Shown here: positions 1 to 9,010 of the stretch, piece by piece
Layout of the letters: each line of letters starts with the position of its first letter
Numbering within the stretch: position 1 is the stretch's first letter
The notes under the pieces: generated by a model
The model's database searches: none
Told to the model about the DNA's origin: nothing
Seen by the model: only the letters and a program-made list of their open reading frames with translations
Assembly: GCA_009692935.1 (NCBI GenBank)
Contig: SHYE01000001.1
Span: 4,418-68,417, forward strand
Source of the DNA: Dehalococcoidia bacterium
GTDB taxonomy: Bacteria > Chloroflexota > Dehalococcoidia > SHYD01
Length of the DNA: 64,000 nt
Reading direction: 5' to 3'
Made by a program: the position numbers and the translations under genes

Positions 1-345
1 CAGGGCGATGACCTCGGGTCGCTCATCGGACGGCGCGGTCAGACGCTCTCGTCGTTGCAATACTTGGTGAACCTGATGGTGCGGCAGCAGAGCAAAGAAT
101 CGCTGATGATCATCGTCGATGTTGAAGGCTACCGGGCCCGGCGCTACGGCTCGCTGGCGAACTTGGCCCACCGCATGGCCGAACGGGTTCGCAGCAGCGG
201 CCAACCGGTGACGCTTGAGCCAATGACCGCGGCCGAGCGCCGGATCATCCACATGACCCTGAAGGACTATGCTGACCTGACCACCCAGAGTGTTGGTGAG
301 GGTGAAGCCCGCAAGGTCAACATCATTCCCAGGAAGAAAGCCTAA
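1..345 (+). CDS. khpB: KhpB/Jag-family RNA-binding protein (KH plus R3H domain C-terminus), 5-prime truncated by window edge
   Basis: Translation of the open frame from nt 1 gives QGDDLGSLIGRRGQTLSSLQYLVNLMV... with GRRGQTL KH-type motif and a C-terminal R3H-like segment (IIHMTLKDYADL); stop at 343-345. Confidence 0.65.
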   Translation, partial: QGDDLGSLIGRRGQTLSSLQYLVNLMVRQQSKESLMIIVDVEGYRARRYGSLANLAHRMAERVRSSGQPVTLEPMTAAERRIIHMTLKDYADLTTQSVGEGEARKVNIIPRKKA

Positions 346-370
346 CCCAGGACAGCCTGACTCGAGTGCA

Positions 371-400
371 AAGGAGGGGAGCCAAGCGGCTCCCCTCCTT
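371..400. terminator. GC-rich hairpin between convergent genes (aaggaggggagcc-aagc-ggctcccctcctt)
   Basis: Perfect 13-bp inverted repeat directly after the khpB stop and before the stop of the minus-strand Rieske gene. Confidence 0.55.
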
Positions 401-419
401 GTTCCTTCGTTCGTCGGCG

Positions 420-1739
420 CTAGGCCTGCTGCAACTCGGGGTGCTGCGCAAACGCCTCACGATACGCCGCTGTCGCCGACTGCCAGTCAGCACCCTCCGG
501 TAGGAAAATGCCGCCTGAGCGTTGCCGGAACACGGCGGGATTGTCGGCGCCCGGGGGTATGGTACCGTGATCCCGCATGGCTGCGGCGGCCCGGATCAAG
601 CGCTGGCGGGTGCGGATGACCATGGCATCGCTGGTGCCCAGGTGCTCGGCCGACCGGTCGAGGATGCCGCCCATGCCCTCAGTGATCGCCTGGTCCTGGC
701 AGGTGATGCCGTCGATACCGGTATAGCTGCCGGTCTTCTGGACGGCCCGGTCGATCAGATAGTCGTTCTGCTTGTTCTGGGTGGCCCGCCATCTGCCCAA
801 CCATCCGGTCGCTTGCGGCAGGTACTCGAACCGGCCGGTGGAGCCCACCGGGGGCGCGCCACGGCGCTCTCGCCCGTCTTGCCCCTGCCTGGCGAAGCGA
901 TTGGCCTGCACCATACTCCACACCATGGTGTGCTCGTCATCCACTGGCACCCACGCACGGGCGAAGATCTGCAAACCCAGCGTCCCGGTAGGAATCAGCG
1001 TCCAAAACGGGAACATGAAGTGGGCAAGCCGCCAGTAGAGTTGGCCGGGCGCCGCCGGACGGTAGGCGCCATACATGGTTCCGAAGTCGGTGTTCACCAC
1101 TTCGTAACGGGGCGCACGGTCTTTCACGGTGAAGAAGTCAAAGGTGCCGGGGACGGTGTCTTCCTCCTTCACGGCGCCAAGGTGCAGGAAGGCGAGGTGA
1201 CTGGTGTCGATGTCGCCCTCTAGCGCTTGCACCCAGTTGCATTCACGGAGGGTGGTGTTCACAGACCACTCACCCTCCTCCATCATGTTGGCCTCGATGT
1301 CGGGGAGCTGCGGCGGCGTAGCCAGCGGACCCATGTAGATCCACACCACACCGTTGCGCTCGGTGGCCGGGTACGCTGCCGCCTTGATCTTGTGCTTGAA
1401 GTTGCTTTCGGCGGGTTCGTTCGGCATGTCGACGCACGCGCCGGTCACGTCGAATTTCCAGCCGTGGTACACGCACCGCAGGCCCTCTTCCTCGTTACGG
1501 CCAAAGAACAAGGAGGCGCCGCGGTGCGGGCAGGCGTTCTGCATGACACCAATGGACCCCGAAGTGGTGCGATAGGTCACGAGGTCTTCGCCCAGTAGCC
1601 GCAGCCGTAACGGCGCGCCGTCGGCCTCGGGGAGTTCGCTCGACATCAAGGCGGGTATCCAGTACTGGCGCACCAAGCCGCCCATCGGAGTGCCGGGGCC
1701 AATCCGGCACATTAGCTCATTATCCCGCTGTGTCAACAT
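420..1739 (-). CDS. Rieske [2Fe-2S] non-heme iron oxygenase alpha subunit, phthalate-dioxygenase (class IA) family, paralog 1
   Basis: ORF 420-1814, trimmed to ATG at 1739 (MLTQRDNELMCRIGPGTPMG) with GGAG RBS. Rieske motif CPHRGASLFFG...CVYHGW and mononuclear Fe motif EGDIDTSHLAFLH present. Confidence 0.85.
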   Translation of the reverse strand: MLTQRDNELMCRIGPGTPMGGLVRQYWIPALMSSELPEADGAPLRLRLLGEDLVTYRTTSGSIGVMQNACPHRGASLFFGRNEEEGLRCVYHGWKFDVTGACVDMPNEPAESNFKHKIKAAAYPATERNGVVWIYMGPLATPPQLPDIEANMMEEGEWSVNTTLRECNWVQALEGDIDTSHLAFLHLGAVKEEDTVPGTFDFFTVKDRAPRYEVVNTDFGTMYGAYRPAAPGQLYWRLAHFMFPFWTLIPTGTLGLQIFARAWVPVDDEHTMVWSMVQANRFARQGQDGRERRGAPPVGSTGRFEYLPQATGWLGRWRATQNKQNDYLIDRAVQKTGSYTGIDGITCQDQAITEGMGGILDRSAEHLGTSDAMVIRTRQRLIRAAAAMRDHGTIPPGADNPAVFRQRSGGIFLPEGADWQSATAAYREAFAQHPELQQA

Positions 1740-1953
1740 CAGGTGCTCCTTATCAGTAGTACGGCGGGCCGTCCGAGGTTTGGGGCTGGTACCACCGCCA
1801 GATGATGGCCGCACGTTACCGGGCTACGGAGGGCGTGTCAAACTTGGGAGCCGCAGTCGCACATCTCGCAAACCTGCGGGCTGGAATGCCCAGCAGTGAT
1901 ATCGTGGGTGTGCCCAGTCCCAACCGCACTCTGCCCGAAGGAGATGTTCTCAT

Positions 1954-2916
1954 ATGAAGGCTGTGTTCCTCACCGCTCAAGGTGGCATCGACGCGCTGAC
2001 CTATGGCGACCGGCCCGACCCCACGCCCCTGGCCGACGAGGTCATCGTGCGGGTGCGTGCGACCAGCATCAACCGCCGCGACCTTTTCGAGCGAGAGGGA
2101 AGTCACGGCGTGCGGTTGAGTTCGGACCATCACATACCGGGCCTGGACATCGCCGGCGAGGTGGTTGCACTGGGCGAGACCGCCGCCCGCCGCGGCAGGT
2201 TTGGCGTTGGTGACCGCGTGTTTGGCGTAGCCACGGGCGGGGCCTACGCGGAGCTTGCTCGGGCTGATCTCGCTGAACTGCAGCCCTTGCCCGCGAACGT
2301 AAGCTACGAGGAGGGGGCGGCGGTGCCCACCGTCTACGCCGCCGCCTATCGTGCGATGGTGGTGCGTGCCCGTATGCACATGGGCGAGGAGGTGCTGGTG
2401 ATGGCAGCAGGCAGTGGCGTCGGCAGCGCCGGAATCCTGCTGGGGAAGGCCGCCGGATGTCGCGTGCTCACCACTGCCAGCAGCGCGGTGAAACTAGAGA
2501 AGGCGGCAGCATTGGGCGCAGATGTGGGCATCGACTACCGTGAGACGCCGGAGTTCAGCCAGGCGGTGCTGGAGCACACCGGCGGGCAGGGTGTGGACCT
2601 GGTGTATGAGCACATTGGCGCAGAGGTGTTCGAGCAGGCGTACCGCAGCCTCCGGGTGGGCGGGCGGCTGGTAACGAATGGCGTGACCAGCGGCCACATG
2701 GTGCAATTGCACCTGGGCAGGCTATGGACCCGCGAGATCAGCCTGATCGGCTCAACGATGCACCCTGCAGAGGACTTGGCCGCGATTGTTCCATTACTGG
2801 CTCGGCGGGAAGTGCGCGGGGTGATAGACCGGGTGCTGCCCCTGCGGGACGCAGCCGAAGGGCACCGGGTCTTGGAATCGAGCGAGTTTTTCGGGAAGGT
2901 GGTCCTGTCCGTTTGA
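1954..2916 (+). CDS. NAD(P)H:quinone oxidoreductase / zinc-type MDR family dehydrogenase
   Basis: 320-aa ORF with GGAG RBS, MDR-family architecture and a glycine-rich nucleotide fold (VMAAGSGVGSAGILLGKAAGCRV). Confidence 0.8.
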   Translation: MKAVFLTAQGGIDALTYGDRPDPTPLADEVIVRVRATSINRRDLFEREGSHGVRLSSDHHIPGLDIAGEVVALGETAARRGRFGVGDRVFGVATGGAYAELARADLAELQPLPANVSYEEGAAVPTVYAAAYRAMVVRARMHMGEEVLVMAAGSGVGSAGILLGKAAGCRVLTTASSAVKLEKAAALGADVGIDYRETPEFSQAVLEHTGGQGVDLVYEHIGAEVFEQAYRSLRVGGRLVTNGVTSGHMVQLHLGRLWTREISLIGSTMHPAEDLAAIVPLLARREVRGVIDRVLPLRDAAEGHRVLESSEFFGKVVLSV

Positions 2917-3024
2917 GGGATCAAGCACCGACCGGACCCAAGATTGAGGCGCCCTTGGGAGCGCGCTTCATAGACCTATAGCCGCAGCCTACCCTGGCAA
3001 AGGTGCTGGTGGTGGCAGGCCCAC

Positions 3025-3336
3025 TCAGCGCATTTTGGAGGGGCGCTTGGGCAGGCGTTTCTCTTCTACCCGACAGGCATACACGGCCGAGACGAGCGTG
3101 GCAAGGTGCGCCGGCACGTTGGTGGACGAGATGCGCTTGAGGACCACGACGAACGGCTCGGTCTCCATCAGGGTTCCGATGGTCTCCGCGGTTTCGGCGC
3201 TGGCGGCGGCAGAGAACCGGGGGTCTACGTTGCAGGCATCAGCCACCATATCGGCGGACATGCCATGGGGGTCAACTGGGCCCGGCTCATCACCCCGGCG
3301 GGCCTGGCGGTGTTTCGGTTGTACGGTCCATGTCAT
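3025..3336 (-). CDS. hypothetical 103-aa protein, downstream gene of the same cassette
   Basis: Translationally coupled by a 4-bp overlap to the 79-aa gene. No recognisable motif. Confidence 0.4.
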   Translation of the reverse strand: MTWTVQPKHRQARRGDEPGPVDPHGMSADMVADACNVDPRFSAAASAETAETIGTLMETEPFVVVLKRISSTNVPAHLATLVSAVYACRVEEKRLPKRPSKMR

Positions 3337-3572
3337 TTCGACGCCTCGTCCATTTGCGTGGTGAGCTCAGTCCGCATCGCGGGATTGTTCAGCACCTTGG
3401 CGTACTCGCTGCTCTGTATGCCGCGGCGTGACGCGGTGCGCAGTAAGCCCGACTCGTTAGGGTCGCGATGTGAACCGGGGATGTGCACGCTGCGATCGGT
3501 GACCATTCGGTCGAGAGCAGCCTGCAGGCCGATCCACTGGCTTGGGTCGGTCAGCACCGTATCGGCGATCAT
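3333..3572 (-). CDS. hypothetical 79-aa protein, upstream gene of a two-gene cassette
   Basis: Third codon positions are about 80 percent G/C, matching the genome, while the overlapping plus-strand ORF reads as low-complexity junk. Overlaps the next gene by 4 bp (ATGA). Confidence 0.4.
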   Translation of the reverse strand: MIADTVLTDPSQWIGLQAALDRMVTDRSVHIPGSHRDPNESGLLRTASRRGIQSSEYAKVLNNPAMRTELTTQMDEASK

Positions 3573-3698
3573 GATTGCTCCTTGTGTTGTGACCGTAAGC
3601 AGTCTGGAATGACAGCGCCGTGCACCGAAACGACGGTGGGAAAAAGAACAGCGAGGCCGCTTGCTGCGTCCTCGCTGTTGGCTGGTATGGCTAGAGGC

Positions 3699-4025
3699 CT
3701 AGTAGCGCCTCGAGTTGCCGCCGCCGCCACCACCACCACCACCGTAGCCGCCGCGGTCACCGCCACGCCCACCGCCACCGGCCTCGCGGGCCTTGGCTTC
3801 GTTAACCGTGAGCGAGCGTCCGCCGAGTTGGGTGCCATTCAAACGGGCGATGGCCATCTTGGCCTCTTCATCGTTCGGCATGTCGACGAAGGCGAATCCG
3901 CGGGACTGGTCAGTGTACCGATCCTTCACAACGCTGGCACTCTCCACGATGCCGTGGCTTGCGAACAGCGTCCGCAACTCCTCATCGGTGGTAGCGAAGG
4001 GGATGCCCCCAACAAAAATACGCAC
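3699..4025 (-). CDS. RRM-domain glycine-rich RNA-binding protein
   Basis: RNP1/RNP2-type RRM (MRIFVGGIPFATT...RGFAFVDM) followed by a GGGRGGDRGGYGGGGGGGGGN tail. GTG start. Confidence 0.85.
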   Translation of the reverse strand: MRIFVGGIPFATTDEELRTLFASHGIVESASVVKDRYTDQSRGFAFVDMPNDEEAKMAIARLNGTQLGGRSLTVNEAKAREAGGGGRGGDRGGYGGGGGGGGGNSRRY

Positions 4026-4549
4026 GTCAACCTCGATCGCACCCTTACTGGGATGCTCCAGACGACCTTTTCCACGAAAGTAAACCTAGCCGACGATGGA
4101 AAAGAAGGAACATCGGAGGCTACGAAAAAGTATTCGTGGCCCTATCATATCACGCCGGCAAGGGGCCTGCCAGCAACGTGGCACGCGGTAACAGCTCAGT
4201 CTTCGGGTGTGGGGCTTAGCGCTTCGCTGTCGAACCGCGGCTTCACGTGGCCTCGCTTCTCCCGCCCGCCCTCGTGACCTTTGAGGAAGTGGGGAGCCCC
4301 TCGACAGGCTCAGGACAAGCATCCCACACCCCGTCTGAGGGGACTCGCCGGGTGGTTACACATTCAACCGGTCACGGGGCGCGCCAAAGCCGGTGCACGG
4401 CCAGAGGGGACTGGGATGGAGCGCCCGAGCAGGTGATCGACCGCGGGAGGTTGCGCGCCAGGTACGCGGTCGGCGCCGAGAGGGCGCGGTTCGAACCAGC
4501 GCCGTCGAATCCCGTTGGTACGGCGCCCCGGTGGGAACCAGGCTCGCCG

Positions 4550-4954
4550 TCAGGGGCGATTGATCATCGCCAGTGACGCGCGGTCGAAGTAGGCGCGCAG
4601 CACCTCGGCCTCGGCTTCCGGAATCTCCACCTCATCGATAGCGGCCAGCATGTGGGCCAGCCAGGCGTCGCGCTCTGCCATACCGATGGCGAAGGGCATG
4701 TGCCGCATCCGCATGAAGGGTGGCCCGCGCCGTTCGTTGAACAACGGTGGGCCGCCGAACAGTTGCACCAGGAACCAGAACTGCCGGCCGATGGCCTCGC
4801 TCAGGTCGGCCGGGAACATCGGTCGCAGGAAGGGGTCAGTGTCGATGCGGCGATAGAACGCCTCCACCAGATTGCGAAAGGTCTGCTCGCCCAGCGATTG
4901 GTACAGCGATTGCGAACGGTCGGGCATGCCGACGTGCAGCGGGAGTTCAGCCAT
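4550..4954 (-). CDS. truncated hemoglobin (2/2 Hb, GlbN/GlbO-like)
   Basis: 134-aa ORF with the trHb-like segment FYRRIDTDPFLRPMFPADL...FLVQLFGGP. Confidence 0.75.
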   Translation of the reverse strand: MAELPLHVGMPDRSQSLYQSLGEQTFRNLVEAFYRRIDTDPFLRPMFPADLSEAIGRQFWFLVQLFGGPPLFNERRGPPFMRMRHMPFAIGMAERDAWLAHMLAAIDEVEIPEAEAEVLRAYFDRASLAMINRP

Positions 4955-5055
4955 GGGTTAAGTGTAGCGCGCAGTTGTAAGGTTCGAGTTGCACGCAATC
5001 GATTGACAAGATGCCACCACATGCGTGGAGCATCCACGCCAAGGAGTACTGCACA

Positions 5056-5574
5056 ATGCTGTCGTTCGTCCGCATCAAGCACCGCGTGAATGTTGCGCTG
5101 CGGCTTAGCGGAGCGGCCCTGCTGCTGACCACCGCGGTGGGTCTGCCTCAAGCCGAACCAAAGCCCGCGCAGGCCGCCAACCTAGCCTAGAGCGATATGC
5201 GCCCCCCGTTGACGGAAGCCGGTGACACCAACGGCGCCGACGGCTATACGCCGCTGCCGGAGTACGGCGATGTGTTGCACGCGATCACGGTGGCGCCCAA
5301 CGGCGATGTCTACACCGCCGTCCGAACCTCCGGTGGCGCGGCCACCGCGTTCCGGTCACTCGACAGGGGCGGCTCTTGGCGCAGCATCGGGCACAACCTG
5401 CCCAACAACACATTGGTGCGGCAAATAGTGATTCCCCCGACCTACCCAACAGACCCTTTCCTCGCGCTAGTCTACGCCAACGCCGACCTGCGCCGCGGCG
5501 CCGGCGGCCTGCAGGAGCGCACAAAGCAGACCGTGGCGAAAGTACGGCCGACTAAGCCCGGCAGCAGGCGCTAA
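5056..5574 (+). pseudogene. secreted BNR/Asp-box repeat protein interrupted by an in-frame TAG at 5188-5190
   Basis: AAGGAG RBS, then a 44-aa signal-like peptide (MLSFVRIKHRVNVALRLSGAALLLTTAVGLP...) ending at TAG. The same frame continues into a 125-aa ORF with an Asp-box (SLDRGGSWRSI). Confidence 0.4.
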
Positions 5575-5602
5575 CTGAGCGTCGCTACGTCGAAAGGAAG
5601 CG

Positions 5603-5638
5603 GGGAGCAGCATGCGCTGCTCCCCGCTTCCTTAGGCG
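5603..5638. terminator. rho-independent-like hairpin (ggaagcggggagcagc-atgc-gctgctccccgcttcc)
   Basis: Perfect 16-bp inverted repeat immediately after the 5574 stop. Confidence 0.6.
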
Positions 5639-5701
5639 GGCACTCGCCAAGCGGCGGTTATACTAGCAGCAACATCCCTTCTACCCATCAGGAGTCTACC
5701 C

Positions 5702-7231
5702 ATGAACCTGCCACGCCTCACCGTCACCACTGGAGACATCACCACCCAACAGGTGGACACCCTGGTGGTGAACCTCTTCGAGGGGGTTACCGCCCCCGGT
5801 GGTGCAACCGGAGCGGTGGACGCTGCGCTCGGTGGCGCTATCACGCAGCTCATCGGCGACGGCGAACTGAAGGGGAAGTCCGGCGAGTACACCTTGATCC
5901 ACACCTTCGGTAAGCTCCCGGCGCGAAGGGTGGTCGTGGTGGGCCTCGGCAAGGCCGCGGGCTTCGACCTGAACCGCGCCCGCAACGTCGCCGCCGAAAC
6001 GGCGCGCTATCTGCGGAGCAAGGGCGCGAAGCGGGTGGCGACTATCGTGCATGGGGCCGGTATCGGCGGGGTCGAGCCGGCGGCTGCCGCACAGGCCCTA
6101 GCCGAGGGCACGCTGATGGGTCTCTACCGCTTCGATCGCCACAAGAGCAAGCGCAACGAGACCAGCGACGACGCAGGGTTCACCGAACTGCTGGTCATCG
6201 AGCACGACGCCGCTAAGCTACCGGCGATCCAGCAGGGCGTGGAGATCGGCCGCATCACTGCCGAGGCCACCAACCTGTGCCGGGACTTGGCCAACGAAGG
6301 CTCGAACGAGATGACGCCGAAGCACCTCGCCGAGGCGGCTCGCACCGTTGCCGCCGCCACCGGCTTGGCCTTCCGAACCTACGGCCGCGACGAGATGCAG
6401 CAGATGGGCTTTGGCGCCCTGCTGGCGGTAGCTCAGGGCAGCGCCCAAGAGCCGCAGTTCATCACCCTGCACTACCAAGCCCCAGGGGCGCCGGCTAGCA
6501 AGCCCGCGGTTGCACTAGTGGGCAAAGGTGTCACGTTCGACTCCGGCGGTATCTCCATTAAGCCCGCCGAGGGTATGGACGCGATGAAGTCCGACATGTC
6601 GGGCGGCGCTGCGGTCATCGCTGCCATGCAAGCCATTGCGGCGCTCAAGCCGGCGGTCAGCGTGTGGGGTCTGGTGCCCGCCGCCGAGAACATGCCCAGC
6701 GCCACCGCCTACAAGCCGGGCGATATCGTGAAAGCGGCCAACGGCAAGACCATCGAGGTGGTGAATACCGACGCCGAGGGCCGCATGTTGTTAGCCGATG
6801 CCCTCAGCTGGGCCCGAAAGGAAGGCTTCTCGCCGCTGATTGACGTCGCCACGCTGACCGGCGCGGCTTCTGTCGCCCTGGGGCCCTACTACGCCGGTAT
6901 CATGGGCAACGACCAAGCCACCATCGACGGGGTGCTGGCGGCCGCAAAGGAAGCCGGTGAGAACTTCTGGCAGCTGCCGCTCACCGACGAGTATAAAGAC
7001 CTGGTGAAGAGCGACATCGCCGACGTGCGGCAGACCGGCACCGGTCGCGCCGGCGGAGCCATTAGTGCCGCGCAGGTGCTGCACGAGTTCGCCGAAGACA
7101 CTCCCTGGGCCCATCTAGACATCGCACCCACCTATCGCAGCAACAGCGACAAAGGCGTGCTGGTAAAGGGCTCCACCGGCGTGGCGGTCCGCACCATGAT
7201 CCGCTTCGTGATGCGGCAGGGCGCCGAGTAA
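5702..7231 (+). CDS. pepA: leucyl aminopeptidase, peptidase family M17
   Basis: 509 aa with M17 signature NTDAEGRMLLADAL and the active-site region VGKGVTFDSGGISIKP. GGAG RBS. Confidence 0.9.
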   Translation: MNLPRLTVTTGDITTQQVDTLVVNLFEGVTAPGGATGAVDAALGGAITQLIGDGELKGKSGEYTLIHTFGKLPARRVVVVGLGKAAGFDLNRARNVAAETARYLRSKGAKRVATIVHGAGIGGVEPAAAAQALAEGTLMGLYRFDRHKSKRNETSDDAGFTELLVIEHDAAKLPAIQQGVEIGRITAEATNLCRDLANEGSNEMTPKHLAEAARTVAAATGLAFRTYGRDEMQQMGFGALLAVAQGSAQEPQFITLHYQAPGAPASKPAVALVGKGVTFDSGGISIKPAEGMDAMKSDMSGGAAVIAAMQAIAALKPAVSVWGLVPAAENMPSATAYKPGDIVKAANGKTIEVVNTDAEGRMLLADALSWARKEGFSPLIDVATLTGAASVALGPYYAGIMGNDQATIDGVLAAAKEAGENFWQLPLTDEYKDLVKSDIADVRQTGTGRAGGAISAAQVLHEFAEDTPWAHLDIAPTYRSNSDKGVLVKGSTGVAVRTMIRFVMRQGAE

Positions 7232-7351
7232 GTCCGCCCCCAGGCTTGGGCCGGCCTGCGGCAGCTCGCACAACTTGACGCCTTGGGCACAATTTACCTA
7301 TAGTGCCCAAGGCTTTCTATCTTCATCCCCGCTATTGTCGGAGGAATCACC

Positions 7352-8419
7352 ATGTTCCCATTAACCGGTTGGCTGCCGGTCGTGCCGGCGCTTCTTTTAG
7401 TGTTGAGCGCATGTGCGCCGCAGCGAGCGGCAGCGCCCGAACCGCAGCCGGCGCAACCCCAGGCCGCCGGAGCGAAGACCGAATACCCAACCATGACGCT
7501 GAAATTCAATCACGTTGTGGCCCGAGACACCCCCAAGGGCAAGGCCGCCGACAAGTTCGCCGCACTGGTGAAACAGAAGTCGGGCGGCAAGATCGACGTG
7601 CAGGTGTTCCCCAACTCCGAACTGTACAAAGACGGCGAGGAGCTGGAGGCGCTGCAGCAGGGCGCCATCCACTTCATTGCCCCCGGCACCGACAAGCTGG
7701 GCGTATTGATCCCCGCCTGGGAAGCCCCTGTACTGCCGGGCATCTTTCTGAGCGAGGAAGCCGGCGACAAGTTCGTGGAGCCCGGCAACGCCGTGGCGAA
7801 GGAATTGCTGGAGAAGCTGCGGGAAAAGGGCCTGTTGGGCTTGAACGTCTGGCTCAACGGCTTCAAACACTTCACCTCCTCCAAACGGGCGCTCATTAAC
7901 CCCGACGACTTCAAGGGCCAGAAGTTCCGCACCTCCGGCAAGCCCGACGAGGCCTTTGTGAAGGCGCTGGGCGCGTCGGCTCAGGTTATGGCGTTCAGCG
8001 AGGTGTTCGGCGCGCTGCAGCAGGGCGTGGTGGACGGCCAGTTCAACACCCCCAGCAACATCGTGACCCAGAAGTTCCACGAGGTGCAGAAGTACGGCAC
8101 CGTGAGCCGCGGCGGCGTGATTTTGCTGTACGCCGTGGCCACCAACGCCAAGTGGTTCGACAGCCAGACGCCCGAGGTCAAAAAGCTGCTTTCCGAGGCC
8201 ATGGACGAAGCCACCCGCTTCAACAACAAAGTGGCTGCCGATGACAACAAGGCCGGCTGGGCCGCGATCAAAGCTAGCGGGCGCCTGGAGTTGCGCGAGC
8301 AGACCGAGGCAGAGGCCAAGGCGTGGGCTGTCGCCGGTGACCAAGTGCTCAAGGAGTGGGAGGCCCGCACCGGCAAAGAGATCATCGAAAAGCTGAAAGC
8401 GCTGAATAACAAGGGATAA
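7352..8419 (+). CDS. dctP: TRAP transporter solute-binding subunit (DctP family), lipoprotein
   Basis: GGAGG RBS and signal with lipobox (LSAC). DctP-like length and layout, followed by Q and M subunits. Confidence 0.85.
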   Translation: MFPLTGWLPVVPALLLVLSACAPQRAAAPEPQPAQPQAAGAKTEYPTMTLKFNHVVARDTPKGKAADKFAALVKQKSGGKIDVQVFPNSELYKDGEELEALQQGAIHFIAPGTDKLGVLIPAWEAPVLPGIFLSEEAGDKFVEPGNAVAKELLEKLREKGLLGLNVWLNGFKHFTSSKRALINPDDFKGQKFRTSGKPDEAFVKALGASAQVMAFSEVFGALQQGVVDGQFNTPSNIVTQKFHEVQKYGTVSRGGVILLYAVATNAKWFDSQTPEVKKLLSEAMDEATRFNNKVAADDNKAGWAAIKASGRLELREQTEAEAKAWAVAGDQVLKEWEARTGKEIIEKLKALNNKG

Positions 8420-8431
8420 CCTTCACCACTG

Positions 8432-9010
8432 TTGTCCAGCGTCACTCGCATCTACCAACAGGCCGACTCTCTGCTCTACCGCTTCGAAGCGGTAGCGGCG
8501 GGAGTCGGCTTGGGGTTTTCCGTGGCCGTCACCATGCTCGATGTGCTGCTGCGCAACGGCGGTGAATTGCTGGAGACCCTGTTCGGCGTCCGCTGGTCGG
8601 CGGGCATCGGTGGTGGCGGCGAAGTGGCCCAAGTCAGCATGATCTGGGGTATGCTCATTGGCGCCGCCCTGGGCAGCCGTCAGGGCATCCACATCGGTGT
8701 CGACGTGCTGGTGCAGAGGCTGCCGGCTACGCTGTGCAAAGCCGTGGTGCTAGTCTCGCTGGCAGCCGGGGCCGCATTCAGCGCCGCCGTCACCCTGCTG
8801 GGCATCGAGCTGGTGCAATTCTCGATGAACAGCGGCCAGATCACCGCAGACGTCGGCATGCCCCGCTGGATGCTGTACCTCTCTGTACCCACGGCCATGG
8901 CGCTGATGACCGTGCACCAGCTTCAGGTCGCAGCCGAGATGTGGCGCAGGCCGGCCGACGAGGTGAAGCGCAGCGCGCAAGCAGTGAGCGTCGAGGAAAG
9001 CGGCGCATGA
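8432..9010 (+). CDS. dctQ: TRAP transporter small permease subunit (DctQ)
   Basis: 192-aa hydrophobic protein between dctP and dctM. Its stop overlaps the dctM start (ATGA). Confidence 0.8.
   Translation: MSSVTRIYQQADSLLYRFEAVAAGVGLGFSVAVTMLDVLLRNGGELLETLFGVRWSAGIGGGGEVAQVSMIWGMLIGAALGSRQGIHIGVDVLVQRLPATLCKAVVLVSLAAGAAFSAAVTLLGIELVQFSMNSGQITADVGMPRWMLYLSVPTAMALMTVHQLQVAAEMWRRPADEVKRSAQAVSVEESGA

Noticed and set aside
1354-1575. Antisense ORFs inside Rieske genes (1354-1575 plus strand, 41284-41532 and 56531-57115 minus strand) encoding a conserved ...SNFQPWYTHRRP... peptide
   Set aside because: The conservation is a mirror image of the strongly conserved sense-strand Rieske core (the reverse complement of CVYHGWKFD), not an independent gene.
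4470-4560. tRNA-like GTTCGAA and GTCGAATCC strings after the truncated-hemoglobin stop
   Set aside because: Order and spacing of D-loop-like and T-loop-like strings do not fit a cloverleaf on either strand, and no acceptor stem pairing was found.
7397-8344. Long opposite-strand ORFs overlapping confidently assigned genes (for example 7397-8344, 19345-20568, 20748-21914, 26903-27934, 33851-35929, 45787-46587)
   Set aside because: Expected by chance at this GC content. Translations are Arg/Gly/Ala/Pro-rich low-complexity sequence with no domain signatures, while the overlapping strand carries clear homologs.
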